Made by a program: the position numbers and the translations under genes. Below the pieces are notes generated by a model. That model saw only the letters and a list, made by a program, of their open reading frames with translations, was not told the origin of the DNA and ran no database searches. Below, piece by piece: positions 19,377 through 29,087 of a stretch of 64,000 nt of DNA; the stretch's first letter is position 1, and each line of letters begins with the position of its first letter. The stretch lies in the IMG/VR virus record IMGVR_UViG_3300042541_001760, positions 197,053 to 261,052 of that record; one strand, 5' to 3'.

Positions 19377-19730
19377 TTAATTTTTTTGTTGTGGTCGGTT
19401 TTGTTCAAACCATTCAATCACTGCGTTAATTGCCCAAGCCGAACCTGATGCTAACATACCATCAAATATCCAAGACAAATAATGTGTAAATCCTAATATT
19501 TCGTGAACTGGTGAATAAACAAATAGACCCAAAAAGAATCCTAACCATACCCCGAAACACATTACACATTGTATCATATTTGAAATGAATGCCGATACCC
19601 CTGCGAATGGTAAATATTGACTTTCCCCATACATTTTGAAGAAGTTTCTAAGTCCACTGAATATTGATCCGTAAACTACTACGTTAGCCGTTCCATACGC
19701 TAACATCATCCATAAAAAAAGTGCTGCCAT
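19377..19730 (-). CDS. Membrane protein with CxxC (DUF1360-like)
   Basis: Hydrophobic helices and CVMCFGVW. Confidence 0.65.
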   Translation of the reverse strand: MAALFLWMMLAYGTANVVVYGSIFSGLRNFFKMYGESQYLPFAGVSAFISNMIQCVMCFGVWLGFFLGLFVYSPVHEILGFTHYLSWIFDGMLASGSAWAINAVIEWFEQNRPQQKN

Positions 19731-19732
19731 AA

Positions 19733-20131
19733 TTATAATATTGATTTTATATTTGAACCTGAGTGGTAAACTGCTCCTCGTGATAATACCACGTCTTTAA
19801 AGTGGTTTGCCATTTCCTCAAGTTGGTTTATTTTTTCGTCTCTTAATGATAATTCTTTTTTTAATACCTGTAAAGTACCCTCCAACAATTTAATCTTTGT
19901 TTCGTCACAAGGTTTATCAACAACCCTCTCCACAATCTTTTCAACCTCAATCTCAATTACTTCAGGTTCTTTACCATTAATAAGACCATATTTATCTATC
20001 GCATATCCCTTCTTAAAGCAATATTGGATATACTTTTGAACGTCATCTATATTGTTTAATTTACAGAATATGTTTACGTTTTTCAGATCACTATCTGAAA
20101 TTTTAATGATTGACAAGTCGTTCTGTTCCAT
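19733..20131 (-). CDS. Hypothetical coiled-coil protein
   Basis: 132-aa ORF in the operon. Confidence 0.65.
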   Translation of the reverse strand: MEQNDLSIIKISDSDLKNVNIFCKLNNIDDVQKYIQYCFKKGYAIDKYGLINGKEPEVIEIEVEKIVERVVDKPCDETKIKLLEGTLQVLKKELSLRDEKINQLEEMANHFKDVVLSRGAVYHSGSNIKSIL

Positions 20132-20882
20132 CTACTAAATTATCTATTGAATCTATCTTGAATGATAGAAATGGTTTAGGGTTTTTTAAATCCACAAATT
20201 CGTATTTATCTTCCTTCACATTGTAAATTCCGTACCCGTGTTTTTTTATGGTCTCACCATAGTTCTGTTGGATTGTTGACCCAACCATATACGCCTTCTT
20301 ACCTCCAGGGATGTCAAATACTTGTCGTTTGTGAATATCCCCACATAAAACTAAATCACACCCACCGAACTTATCTGACTCAAACCCTGAATCAAATTTA
20401 TACCCAATATCGGTTGTTAATCCTTGTACCGGTCCGTGAAATAATCCAATATTTAATTTACCATTTTTAGGTATCTCAGGTGGTATGTTATGGTCAATCA
20501 ATGAATATACACACCAATTGATGTTATCATCCTCATGTGTCCCTCTATTCTTATAATAAACAATGTTTTGATTGTCTAATGAATCAATAATGGGAGTTAG
20601 AGCGTCTAATCTAGATTGATTAGACTCCAAAAAATCGTGATTACCAATGATTACAATTGTTTTGGCAATCTTTGAACATTCTGTTAATACCCAAACCACA
20701 AACTCAATAAGTTCGGGTGTCATTTGGTTCTTTGAATGTACGAGGTCTCCTGTGAAAACAATTCTGTCGGGGGTAACATCTCCCCATTGTTTAAACATAT
20801 CTTTCAATATTGACTTATACAAATCGTGATCCTTGAATAGTCGTATGTGTAAATCTGAGAAGTGTATTAATTTATCAATCAT
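20103..20882 (-). CDS. SbcD/Mre11/gp47-like metallophosphoesterase nuclease
   Basis: SDLH, TGDLVH, GNHD, FHGP and GDIH motifs; likely start MIDKLIHFSDLH at 20882. Confidence 0.92.
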   Translation of the reverse strand: MIDKLIHFSDLHIRLFKDHDLYKSILKDMFKQWGDVTPDRIVFTGDLVHSKNQMTPELIEFVVWVLTECSKIAKTIVIIGNHDFLESNQSRLDALTPIIDSLDNQNIVYYKNRGTHEDDNINWCVYSLIDHNIPPEIPKNGKLNIGLFHGPVQGLTTDIGYKFDSGFESDKFGGCDLVLCGDIHKRQVFDIPGGKKAYMVGSTIQQNYGETIKKHGYGIYNVKEDKYEFVDLKNPKPFLSFKIDSIDNLVDGTERLVNH

Positions 20883-21147
20883 ATCTTTCGTATTTATCTC
20901 CCGTATCTTGGTCTCCGTTGTGGAATATGATTTTAGGTCCTTCCGGTTTATATGGATGTGTGTTCCAATTCTCACCAAGTAATTCTCTTTTATTATCCAA
21001 AAAATTATCCCTATCCCGTTTAATAATGTTGGATGTTTCTGAAACCTCTTTCATCTTTTCCTTTATAGTTTCAAGGTCTTTCTCAACAACCCACTCTCGG
21101 TTTGTCATAAATCCATCTAGCCAAACATAAAACTCCTTATGTGTCAT
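20875..21147 (-). CDS. Hypothetical protein
   Basis: 90-aa ORF with overlapping start/stop junctions on both sides. Confidence 0.65.
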   Translation of the reverse strand: MTHKEFYVWLDGFMTNREWVVEKDLETIKEKMKEVSETSNIIKRDRDNFLDNKRELLGENWNTHPYKPEGPKIIFHNGDQDTGDKYERYD

Positions 21148-21371
21148 TGCTCGTCTTCTGTGAATGGGTTTTGGTCTTTATTTACGTGTCCGCAAGAGTC
21201 GCACATATAAACGGGGAATGGTACGTCAGTGTCTTGGGGTGACCCAGTTAATAATCGTGATACTCGTTTAAGTATAGTTACTTCTCTGAAGAAAATACCA
21301 TCACATTTTTCACAAGTAATGGTTGGTTGTTCTCTTAAATCAATTTTAGGTTTTCCGATGTCTAAATCCAT
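21144..21371 (-). CDS. Small zinc-ribbon protein
   Basis: CEKC...CDSCGH. Confidence 0.75.
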   Translation of the reverse strand: MDLDIGKPKIDLREQPTITCEKCDGIFFREVTILKRVSRLLTGSPQDTDVPFPVYMCDSCGHVNKDQNPFTEDEQ

Positions 21372-21383
21372 AATTTTATTATT

Positions 21384-22151
21384 TTATTTTTTAGTTGTTT
21401 CTAACATTAATTTCAATTCTGCGGTTAAATCCTTACAAGGAAAAATCTTGTAGTTATCATTAACCTCATTTATCCACACAAGATAAAGATTACCTATTTT
21501 TAGATTGGTGTTCTTCTCTATGATGTGTTTGTAAAGGTGTAGTTGTAAAGAATAAGTATTTATTTCACAAACGTCAATATGTGATATAGGTGATTTGAAA
21601 TTCTCCCTATACACACTCTTTAGTTTTATCTCCTTATTTGTCTTATAGTCATATATTTCCAACATACCAGACTTTTTATTATAGAATAAACAATCCACCA
21701 TTCCCGCAATTCCGTAGTCCTCATCCGCAACCACAAACTCCATCTTAACAGGAATCAGATTAGTTTTGGCATCATTATAGAATCTCTCAAATATTGTTAC
21801 ACACTTCTCAAATTTTTCTTTGATAATGTCCGTCCCAAATTTCTTTATAGAAACAGACGGATCGTATGGGAACACTTTATTATACCAAAAGTTCTCTGCG
21901 TAATTGTGAACCATTGACCCCTTTACGGTGGATATATCTCTCTTTAAATCCCACTCATTGATAACATCCTCAACCATAAGACCTCTCTTATCAGCATAGG
22001 TTTGAGCCATATTCTCGGTATCAAACTTATTTTTGAATTTACCGATGAATGTGGTGGCACTTGTGAATTCCCGATTACCTGCGTAATATTTGTGGGGTTC
22101 GTCATAATACTTTATATGACTAAACTTATTTAACTCTAAAATTGTATCCAT
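21384..22151 (-). CDS. PD-(D/E)XK (RecB/lambda-like) exonuclease
   Basis: KGSMVH, AGMVDCLF, IYDYKT and YSLQLHLYK motifs. Confidence 0.88.
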   Translation of the reverse strand: MDTILELNKFSHIKYYDEPHKYYAGNREFTSATTFIGKFKNKFDTENMAQTYADKRGLMVEDVINEWDLKRDISTVKGSMVHNYAENFWYNKVFPYDPSVSIKKFGTDIIKEKFEKCVTIFERFYNDAKTNLIPVKMEFVVADEDYGIAGMVDCLFYNKKSGMLEIYDYKTNKEIKLKSVYRENFKSPISHIDVCEINTYSLQLHLYKHIIEKNTNLKIGNLYLVWINEVNDNYKIFPCKDLTAELKLMLETTKK

Positions 22152-22221
22152 TTAATATCTTTGTTTAAAGATAGTTATTTTTTTTCTATAAAACAAAGTA
22201 TTTATAATAAAAAATATTTAT

Positions 22222-22902
22222 ATGAAAAACTTATTTAATGATATCTCTCAAGATGAGAGAAACAGGATTTTGGAAATGCATAAATCCGCAACTAGAAAAA
22301 ACTATTTGTCAGAACAAACACCCGCTCCCGCACCTGCTCCTGCAACTGCTCCTGCGGCGGCACCTGCCGGGGTTCCTAAAGGTCCGGTTGGGGGTGTAAC
22401 TAAAAAACCTGCGGTAGTGCCAGGTGGTGATAAACCACAGGGTTCTGCGGGGATTTATAAAGAAATTGATGTCGAGACTTTCAATCCAAAATTTCAAATG
22501 TGCTGGAACGAAAACACTGCAAGTGGAAAAAAATACATTTCACTAAAACAAAAGGTTGAGAATGGGGATGATGAAGAGGAAAAATTGATGGTGTATAATA
22601 ATAACAATATTAGACAATCAATGTTTAATACCATTAACCAAGTTTATTTGAAGTCTCTAACTAAACCTATGAGTAGTGACGAGTTAGGCAGATTATGGAA
22701 CACCGTAAAAACTTACCCAATTACATACTATTTCACTGACCCGAAAGTACGACCAAGAGTGTCAAATACGATTTCATCAACTGTTGAAGAAGCAATAAAA
22801 AACGTTTATACGAATGAGAATGAAATGAAAATAGATTATTTGAATACGTTTAATTGCGCAATGAAGGGTATTCAAGGTGCTCAACCTACACAAGGTACTT
22901 AA
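22222..22902 (+). CDS. Putative virion protein with Pro/Ala linker
   Basis: Leader RILEMHK...LSE|Q, then TPAPAPAPATAPAAAPAG; upstream TATTTATA. Confidence 0.7.
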   Translation: MKNLFNDISQDERNRILEMHKSATRKNYLSEQTPAPAPAPATAPAAAPAGVPKGPVGGVTKKPAVVPGGDKPQGSAGIYKEIDVETFNPKFQMCWNENTASGKKYISLKQKVENGDDEEEKLMVYNNNNIRQSMFNTINQVYLKSLTKPMSSDELGRLWNTVKTYPITYYFTDPKVRPRVSNTISSTVEEAIKNVYTNENEMKIDYLNTFNCAMKGIQGAQPTQGT

Positions 22903-22923
22903 TTCATATAGATAAAATATAAT

Positions 22924-22949
22924 AAAAAGGGAGTTAACTCCCTTTTTTT
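22924..22949. terminator. Bidirectional intrinsic terminator
   Basis: AAAAAGGGAG-TTAA-CTCCCTTTTT perfect inverted repeat between convergent genes. Confidence 0.9.
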
Positions 22950-23385
22950 ATTTAATAGAATATGTTAAAATATCACTATATACTCCTTGAGTGTGTGGTA
23001 ATTCAGGTGTAAATTCGAGACAAATTAAAATATTTAATTGTTTCCCAACATCTTTACATAGAAAAAAAGTATAGTATTCTTCGTTTACTTTTGCGAAAAC
23101 CTTAAAATGATCCCCATCATTAGAAATCACATTTATCATTTTACACTTAATAGACCAATCACTTTCATTACTCATATTAATAACTTGATTATTGAAATCA
23201 AATTCATATGTTAATTTGTATGGATACAGTAAGGTGTTTTTTATAGAATCTTTCTGTACCGCCTCATTGAAGTCCATATTTGTTGGTATTTGGAAAATTG
23301 AGTAATTCTCCATAACTATGGTTGTTACTTGCGAATGAAGATTAAAACAAAAAAGAAAAAGTACTGAGAGAATGAGAGTTTTCAT
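22948..23385 (-). CDS. Secreted/periplasmic protein with signal peptide
   Basis: MKTLILSVLFLFCFNLHSQ is a typical Sec signal; upstream TATATTTG. Confidence 0.7.
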   Translation of the reverse strand: MKTLILSVLFLFCFNLHSQVTTIVMENYSIFQIPTNMDFNEAVQKDSIKNTLLYPYKLTYEFDFNNQVINMSNESDWSIKCKMINVISNDGDHFKVFAKVNEEYYTFFLCKDVGKQLNILICLEFTPELPHTQGVYSDILTYSIK

Positions 23386-23421
23386 AGTTATGTTGTTTTT
23401 GGTTTTACAAATATAGACATA

Positions 23422-24321
23422 TTATTTGATTTCCACAAAAAAATCTTCTATTTTCCCCTGTAAATCCGCAATGTCTTTATCTTCAGGTAGTTTTAATATC
23501 TTAACCTTACCGAACAACCTACCCCCATTTAACTCGTGAAACAATCTTTTAGCATTGTCAAAGGCATCACCATCCAAAGCAATGATAACATTATTTAATG
23601 CTTTCTCATATATGGTCTCAAACAATAGTTTTGACATATGTTTACCGAGCATTGGTATTGAGTTGTCCAAGAAGATACCATCAAATACCCCTTCACAAAG
23701 ATAAACATCCTTAAACCAATCTATTAGGTTCTCATTAAAGATTATCTTGTCTTTCTCTGCCGTTGGGTTCTTATATTTAGCCTTGGTTGTTTTGTTCCAA
23801 GATCTGGCAATGAAGTAGTTTAACTTATTGTTTTCATCATAGGAGGGTATGATTATCCTACCTGAGAATTCACCATCATCACAGAAACCAATCTGATATT
23901 TCTCAATCATTTGGTCGGTTATGTTTCGCTCTTTTAGGTATTTCATCGCCTGTCTATATATTGGATAAACGGGGTTGGAATCCTTAAACTTGGTATATCC
24001 TTGGGGTAATACTAGTTTTGGTTTCTTGGGTGTTATTTTCTCATCTTCCTTGGGTTTTAACATTCTATATAACTTAACCTGTTTCTTGGTTCCGTTATTT
24101 TCAATTAACTTACCTAAAGGTCCGTGAGTTCCTTCGGTATCTCCACAAGACCAACAATGGTAAACGTCTTTGAAGATGTTAATCTCCAAATTACCCTTAT
24201 GTCTTCCTTCGTCACAGTTGGGACAATTGAATGAGTATTGACCCTTACTTTCGTAGTGTTGTTTTTCTTTACCTAGGAAACTCCTTACAATATCTAATAT
24301 GATTTCTTGCTCGTCTAACAT
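23422..24321 (-). CDS. DNA primase (DnaG-type)
   Basis: Zn finger CPNC...HCWSC, GRIIIP, YFIARS, TOPRIM CEGVFDG and LDGDA. ATG 24321 lies just after TATCTTTG. Confidence 0.93.
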   Translation of the reverse strand: MLDEQEIILDIVRSFLGKEKQHYESKGQYSFNCPNCDEGRHKGNLEINIFKDVYHCWSCGDTEGTHGPLGKLIENNGTKKQVKLYRMLKPKEDEKITPKKPKLVLPQGYTKFKDSNPVYPIYRQAMKYLKERNITDQMIEKYQIGFCDDGEFSGRIIIPSYDENNKLNYFIARSWNKTTKAKYKNPTAEKDKIIFNENLIDWFKDVYLCEGVFDGIFLDNSIPMLGKHMSKLLFETIYEKALNNVIIALDGDAFDNAKRLFHELNGGRLFGKVKILKLPEDKDIADLQGKIEDFFVEIK

Positions 24322-24409
24322 TACCACAAAGATAAACAAAATTTATAAATCAATCAATATTCACAAGTTTTCTAATAACACTATATTTATTGACATAGAA
24401 CACAATTAG

Positions 24410-24649
24410 ATGCCAAAATACGTAGAAATAACCTCAGTAACAGGATCCTCACCATATAACATATATATTTGTGACGTGGCTCAAGTGTCTTGTACTTGGA
24501 TATCAACAATTACATCAGGTAACTTACCTTATTCGTTTGAGTTACCTTCCATTTTTTCAAGTTATTCCGATTTTGCCGTTAAGGTGGTTGACTCATCCAA
24601 TTGTAATATGATAAAATTTAGTGGGACAAGTTATCCTGAATGTCCTTAA
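24410..24649 (+). CDS. Small beta-rich structural-type protein
   Basis: ITSVTGSSPYNIYICD...VKVVDSSNC; similar to the N-terminus of 30967-31707. Confidence 0.65.
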   Translation: MPKYVEITSVTGSSPYNIYICDVAQVSCTWISTITSGNLPYSFELPSIFSSYSDFAVKVVDSSNCNMIKFSGTSYPECP

Positions 24650-24660
24650 TTAGTTAAAAT

Positions 24661-26133
24661 ATGAGTAATTGTAATAATTGTCTACCTACCTCAATAACTT
24701 GGTCACCTGCTAACAACGGAACATTAAATTGTACGGGAACATCCGCTAGTACGGTATATACCTGCTATTCCAACGAAACTATATTTTTTACTGATTGGGA
24801 CTTTTCTTCCGCCAATGTATTATATCAAGATTCCATAGATGGCGGTGTTATTCCTGTTACAGGTGTGACTATTAATTATCCATACGGTATCGCAAATACT
24901 AATAGTAAATTTTGGGTTCAGGATTCTGGAAATACGAGTATTAACGAATACTCAATTTCATATTCTCCGTTATTGCCAGGTAATTCTGTTATTTTGACAG
25001 GCCCAATCAATAAGCCAATTACGGGAACTAATCAATTAAATTCGTTGGTCGCAATTAGCGAAGATGTTTTAGTTGGTGGCGGTCAAAGTACTTTTGATGG
25101 AAATAAAATAATTAAATACCCTGTTAGTGGTTCGTCAATTGAATCGGTAGGTTTGTTTGAATTACCTTATACTAGCGGGTCAATTAATGACATAAAATAT
25201 GACGTTAAAAAACAAACACTGGTAATTACATATTACAACGATGATTTAGGAAAATACTACGTATCCGAATACACCACAGGTGGAACTATGGTTAATGAGA
25301 TTGAAATCATCCCTTACGTAAACAACAAACAAATAGTTTCATTAGCAACATATAATGGTGTTAATTATATGTTAAGTGGAGGTTCCTCAACTTGGACTTG
25401 GTATAGTTACGATAACTTAACAAATTTGAATTTAGTTAACACAGGTATATCTACCTTATATTCCCAACCAAGTTCATCACAAGCCTTAGGTGTTTTCAGA
25501 TCACCATTCACATCAACAGGGTCGAGTTATTGCCTTTCCACAATGTATTCATCAACATCACAATATGATGGTAACTATTATTCAGGTGGAACATATGATG
25601 GGTATTTATTTTACGTAGGTGACGGATCTACACCTGGGTTAATATACTATAACACAGGGTCAACATCTTGGTGTTTATCCACAAGTTTAGGTGGTACTTG
25701 TATTTTGTTTGGGGGTAATAGTTGTCAAAGTCCCACACCTAACTTTTCAAGTGGTTTTTTCTCAAACGCGATGTGTCCAACGCCAACTCCATCACCAACA
25801 AATAATTGTACCGTTTTAAATATTGATGCATTTTTTGATTGTGACATTATACCACCAACACCATCAATAACACCAACGATGACAGTTACCCCAACGTCAG
25901 GATACACTTATCCAACGCCAACACCGACGATGACCCCATCTCCAACTGCGTCAAGTCAATCATGTTCTAATGTTAACTTCTGTTTCAATATACAGAATTT
26001 TGGACCAACACCGACACCCACAATGACAATGACGCCAAGTAGTGGTTCTGGTAGAAATACGGTCGCAGGTGGAACTAGATCGTTTATCACAATTAATGAC
26101 AATTTAGTTTGTCCTCCGCCACAAATAGTTTAA
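24661..26133 (+). CDS. Putative tail-fibre/adhesin with Cys-rich and Pro/Thr-rich segments
   Basis: S/T/N/G-rich beta region and several PTPTPSPT linkers. Confidence 0.65.
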   Translation: MSNCNNCLPTSITWSPANNGTLNCTGTSASTVYTCYSNETIFFTDWDFSSANVLYQDSIDGGVIPVTGVTINYPYGIANTNSKFWVQDSGNTSINEYSISYSPLLPGNSVILTGPINKPITGTNQLNSLVAISEDVLVGGGQSTFDGNKIIKYPVSGSSIESVGLFELPYTSGSINDIKYDVKKQTLVITYYNDDLGKYYVSEYTTGGTMVNEIEIIPYVNNKQIVSLATYNGVNYMLSGGSSTWTWYSYDNLTNLNLVNTGISTLYSQPSSSQALGVFRSPFTSTGSSYCLSTMYSSTSQYDGNYYSGGTYDGYLFYVGDGSTPGLIYYNTGSTSWCLSTSLGGTCILFGGNSCQSPTPNFSSGFFSNAMCPTPTPSPTNNCTVLNIDAFFDCDIIPPTPSITPTMTVTPTSGYTYPTPTPTMTPSPTASSQSCSNVNFCFNIQNFGPTPTPTMTMTPSSGSGRNTVAGGTRSFITINDNLVCPPPQIV

Positions 26134-26135
26134 TA

Positions 26136-26741
26136 TTATTTCCAAATACTTTCTTGGTGCATATGTCCTAAAACACAAGCATAAGCATCTGTCATATCAA
26201 AATTCTCTTTTTTAAGAGTTTGATTCTTAGTATATTGCCATTCAATTTGGGGTTCTCTCTTGGCAACCAAGTCCCAAACTATCATTTTCTTGTCAATATC
26301 TTTAGGTAATCCACCAAACAATACAAACTTATTTTTATCGTTCTCTTTAACCAATTCAGGGAAAGCAAACTTTCTTGAGTTGTATGTTGATATGTATTCA
26401 GGAACTATACCTAAAGTGTCGTATATCTCCTTAGAGATGAGTGTATTATACCTAAGTAGTGTTTGTACTGTATAAACATTATTAGAGTTAAGTAGGGGTT
26501 CTTCTATGATTACTTTTGTAATACCTAAATTCTTATACTCGGTTAACTTTTGTTTGAATACCTCAGCCTTTAAAAATAACTCCTTAATTTTATTATCTTC
26601 TTTTGGTTTGGGGACTGGTGAGATGTGAGTTAGTTCTAATAATTCTTGACTCATTATATCAAATAGAGCCCAACCGATAGTTTTAGTTGACACGTCTAAA
26701 CCCAATACTTTTGGGTTATTCTTAATTTGTTGCTTTGCCAT
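26136..26741 (-). CDS. RuvC-like Holliday junction resolvase
   Basis: VLGLDVSTKTIGWA, IIEEP and DMTDAYA give the RNase H-fold catalytic D/E/D pattern. Confidence 0.85.
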   Translation of the reverse strand: MAKQQIKNNPKVLGLDVSTKTIGWALFDIMSQELLELTHISPVPKPKEDNKIKELFLKAEVFKQKLTEYKNLGITKVIIEEPLLNSNNVYTVQTLLRYNTLISKEIYDTLGIVPEYISTYNSRKFAFPELVKENDKNKFVLFGGLPKDIDKKMIVWDLVAKREPQIEWQYTKNQTLKKENFDMTDAYACVLGHMHQESIWK

Positions 26742-26782
26742 ATTACATATGGTAATATATTAGTTAAATTTGTAAATAATAC

Positions 26783-29059
26783 TTATATATCAAGCTTAAC
26801 CAAGAATTGTTGTATACTCTGTCTTTCTATGGGTGATTGTAACTTAGCAATAGCCATTAGGTCTCTAACATTGTCATATAAAGCCACTTCACTTATATAT
26901 GATGGTACTCCTGCCGTCCAAGTCGGATTTGATGGGTAATTAAACTCGTTTTGATTTAGATTACACAACCATCTCATTTCATATATGGTCGCCTGTATTT
27001 CTGTTTCAATATTACCGTAGAAGTAATACTCATCTCCGAAGTTAAGGGTTTGTCCTGTTTGTCCAACTGTGGGTAATGTCACGTAATTATTTAAGTTATA
27101 TGTAAGTGCCAAATCGTAATCGGACTTTGTGATATACAATGTGGTTCCTGTAATACCGCTAGTCGTGATTTTACCTCCAACTATGGTTGCCGATAATTGA
27201 TTTGTTACATCTATTTTTTTCCATCCTGTCGGGCTTGGTTTTCCTTCTCCACTTACTTTCTGACATAGTATTTCAAAAGAATCATAAGTAAAATTACCAA
27301 GACACCCAAACTCATTTCCGAATGTAATTGCGATATCTTGACTAGTGCTATTACAAGTTTGATTAGGACCCAATATTGATGAATAATAATTACAATGTAA
27401 TGAATTAGTATAGAAAAGGCTATTTGAGAATCTATATGTCACATACATATAATCAGTATTTCCCGTTAATACACCTTCTCCGTTTGGAGTTGATAGCACT
27501 AATCTCGGTGCCGGTAATGTCCAATTTCTGTTGGACTTATATGACATTGCCGCGATTATTTCCTCATCGTCAATAACTATCGTATTTAAATCGGGAAACA
27601 CTTTACCTATTCTACTTGGGTATCCGTCAATTACGTTCGCATTTGTATCCCAAAGATGATAATATCTATGACCCGGATTGTTCATATCCGTATTTTTATT
27701 TGAGGTTAGATAATGTTCTTGGAACAGTCCTAATGTTTCAAATTCTACGTTTGGTGGGTCAACATAAAATGTTTGTCCTTGGCAACAGTCTGCTGATTTA
27801 TGCCATTGTAACCAAGGTATTGTGAATCTGAAATTTCTTGCCATACCAACCGTATTGGTTTCATTCAAAGGGTCATATGGTTGTAACGCAAATTTTTCAC
27901 CATAAACAAAGTCAATGGTGTTATTAGTATAATGAACAATCGCTATTGCCTTTTGGTCTTTACCCGGTACAATGATTTTATCACCAAGAGAATTATAATA
28001 GTTAACAGAATCACTATCTGTTTGACCATTACTATTACTATATCCAAAGTATTCTTTACTACCCAAATAATTTACAGATCCAAAATTAGTATAATCCTTA
28101 TAAGCAGAACCATTTAAACCTGCCGGTGATTCTGACCAAGGAATATTCATATTCCATATATTAACATTAAATAAATCAACATCACATACAGATTCAAAAT
28201 TAAAAACATCTTGATTCCAATGTGGTTCTGGCGTAGCACTGTCGTAGAAGTTAGTCATACCTGATGGGTACACCAAAACTCTCGCCTCACCTGTTACCGA
28301 TGGGGTTGCATAGTTAGGAACATTTCTATCCACAGTGATTATATTACCATTAACCCCAATAATTCTATATGTTAAAATTGGCGTACAACTTTGAAATGAC
28401 ATAAAACAAGATCTATCGCTTGGGGGTACTGGAGGGCATGGATTATACGGTGAATAAACGGTTGTACATGGTGATGAAACCGAAGTATAAGTACAATTAC
28501 AATTAGTTAATCCTAACCCATCATAATATATTGTAACAAAATCCCCTGCGGAAAATGAATATGTTGTTGCGGTATTACAAATACTCGGAACCGGAATTAA
28601 GGTCATAGTATTTTGACTAGGGCCTAAATTATTCATATCCACATAGTAATTACCTGTCTTAACATATTCACTACCTGTTTTAGCACTCCAATTTGTAGGT
28701 AATGTGGTTGTGTCAGCACTAAAAAATCCTCTCATTGGGGCTACATTATATACATTTGAAACTATAGAATCCATAAATGGTATTCCGTAAGTTGCTCCTG
28801 ATAACGTATCAACATAATAAGGGTACTTAACATTTTGAAAATTGGCTTGGGGTACAGGCGCTCCATTTTGTGAATTAAAAGCGGGTTCTAACACAACACT
28901 ATTTGTTTGATTAAAACCACTTATCGCGTTGTATGAAACCTCACTATCTCCAACTTGGAAATAAGTTATGTTAAAATTACCTTGTGATATTTTTTGTCTA
29001 CCAATATCAGTAATTCTTGTATTAACTAAACCTGATGTATTTTTTAATATATAAGCCAT
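26783..29059 (-). CDS. Tail-collar/fibre-attachment-like structural protein
   Basis: N-terminal TRITDIGRQKI...FQVGDSE and C-terminal YISEVALYD...LMAIAKLQSPI motifs. Confidence 0.6.
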   Translation of the reverse strand: MAYILKNTSGLVNTRITDIGRQKISQGNFNITYFQVGDSEVSYNAISGFNQTNSVVLEPAFNSQNGAPVPQANFQNVKYPYYVDTLSGATYGIPFMDSIVSNVYNVAPMRGFFSADTTTLPTNWSAKTGSEYVKTGNYYVDMNNLGPSQNTMTLIPVPSICNTATTYSFSAGDFVTIYYDGLGLTNCNCTYTSVSSPCTTVYSPYNPCPPVPPSDRSCFMSFQSCTPILTYRIIGVNGNIITVDRNVPNYATPSVTGEARVLVYPSGMTNFYDSATPEPHWNQDVFNFESVCDVDLFNVNIWNMNIPWSESPAGLNGSAYKDYTNFGSVNYLGSKEYFGYSNSNGQTDSDSVNYYNSLGDKIIVPGKDQKAIAIVHYTNNTIDFVYGEKFALQPYDPLNETNTVGMARNFRFTIPWLQWHKSADCCQGQTFYVDPPNVEFETLGLFQEHYLTSNKNTDMNNPGHRYYHLWDTNANVIDGYPSRIGKVFPDLNTIVIDDEEIIAAMSYKSNRNWTLPAPRLVLSTPNGEGVLTGNTDYMYVTYRFSNSLFYTNSLHCNYYSSILGPNQTCNSTSQDIAITFGNEFGCLGNFTYDSFEILCQKVSGEGKPSPTGWKKIDVTNQLSATIVGGKITTSGITGTTLYITKSDYDLALTYNLNNYVTLPTVGQTGQTLNFGDEYYFYGNIETEIQATIYEMRWLCNLNQNEFNYPSNPTWTAGVPSYISEVALYDNVRDLMAIAKLQSPIERQSIQQFLVKLDI

Positions 29060-29087
29060 TTTCTATAAATACTTTATTAGTTGTTTT

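Larger units (their letters stand above)
3354..24334. promoter_or_regulatory. Bacteroidota-type -7 promoter elements (TAnnTTTG)
   Basis: 3354-3361 (-), 13952-13959 (-), 14682-14689 (+), 23408-23415 (-), 24327-24334 (-), each just upstream of a gene. Confidence 0.7.

Noticed and set aside
21384-22151. Cas4
   Set aside because: Lacks the clustered C-terminal Cys motif for the Fe-S centre; a generic PD-(D/E)XK exonuclease fits better.
22320-22380. GC-rich repeats as a mobile or regulatory element
   Set aside because: Explained by Pro/Ala codons in a linker.
25770-26040. ccaac(a/g)cc repeats as an array
   Set aside because: They encode Pro/Thr linkers, with irregular period and no spacers.
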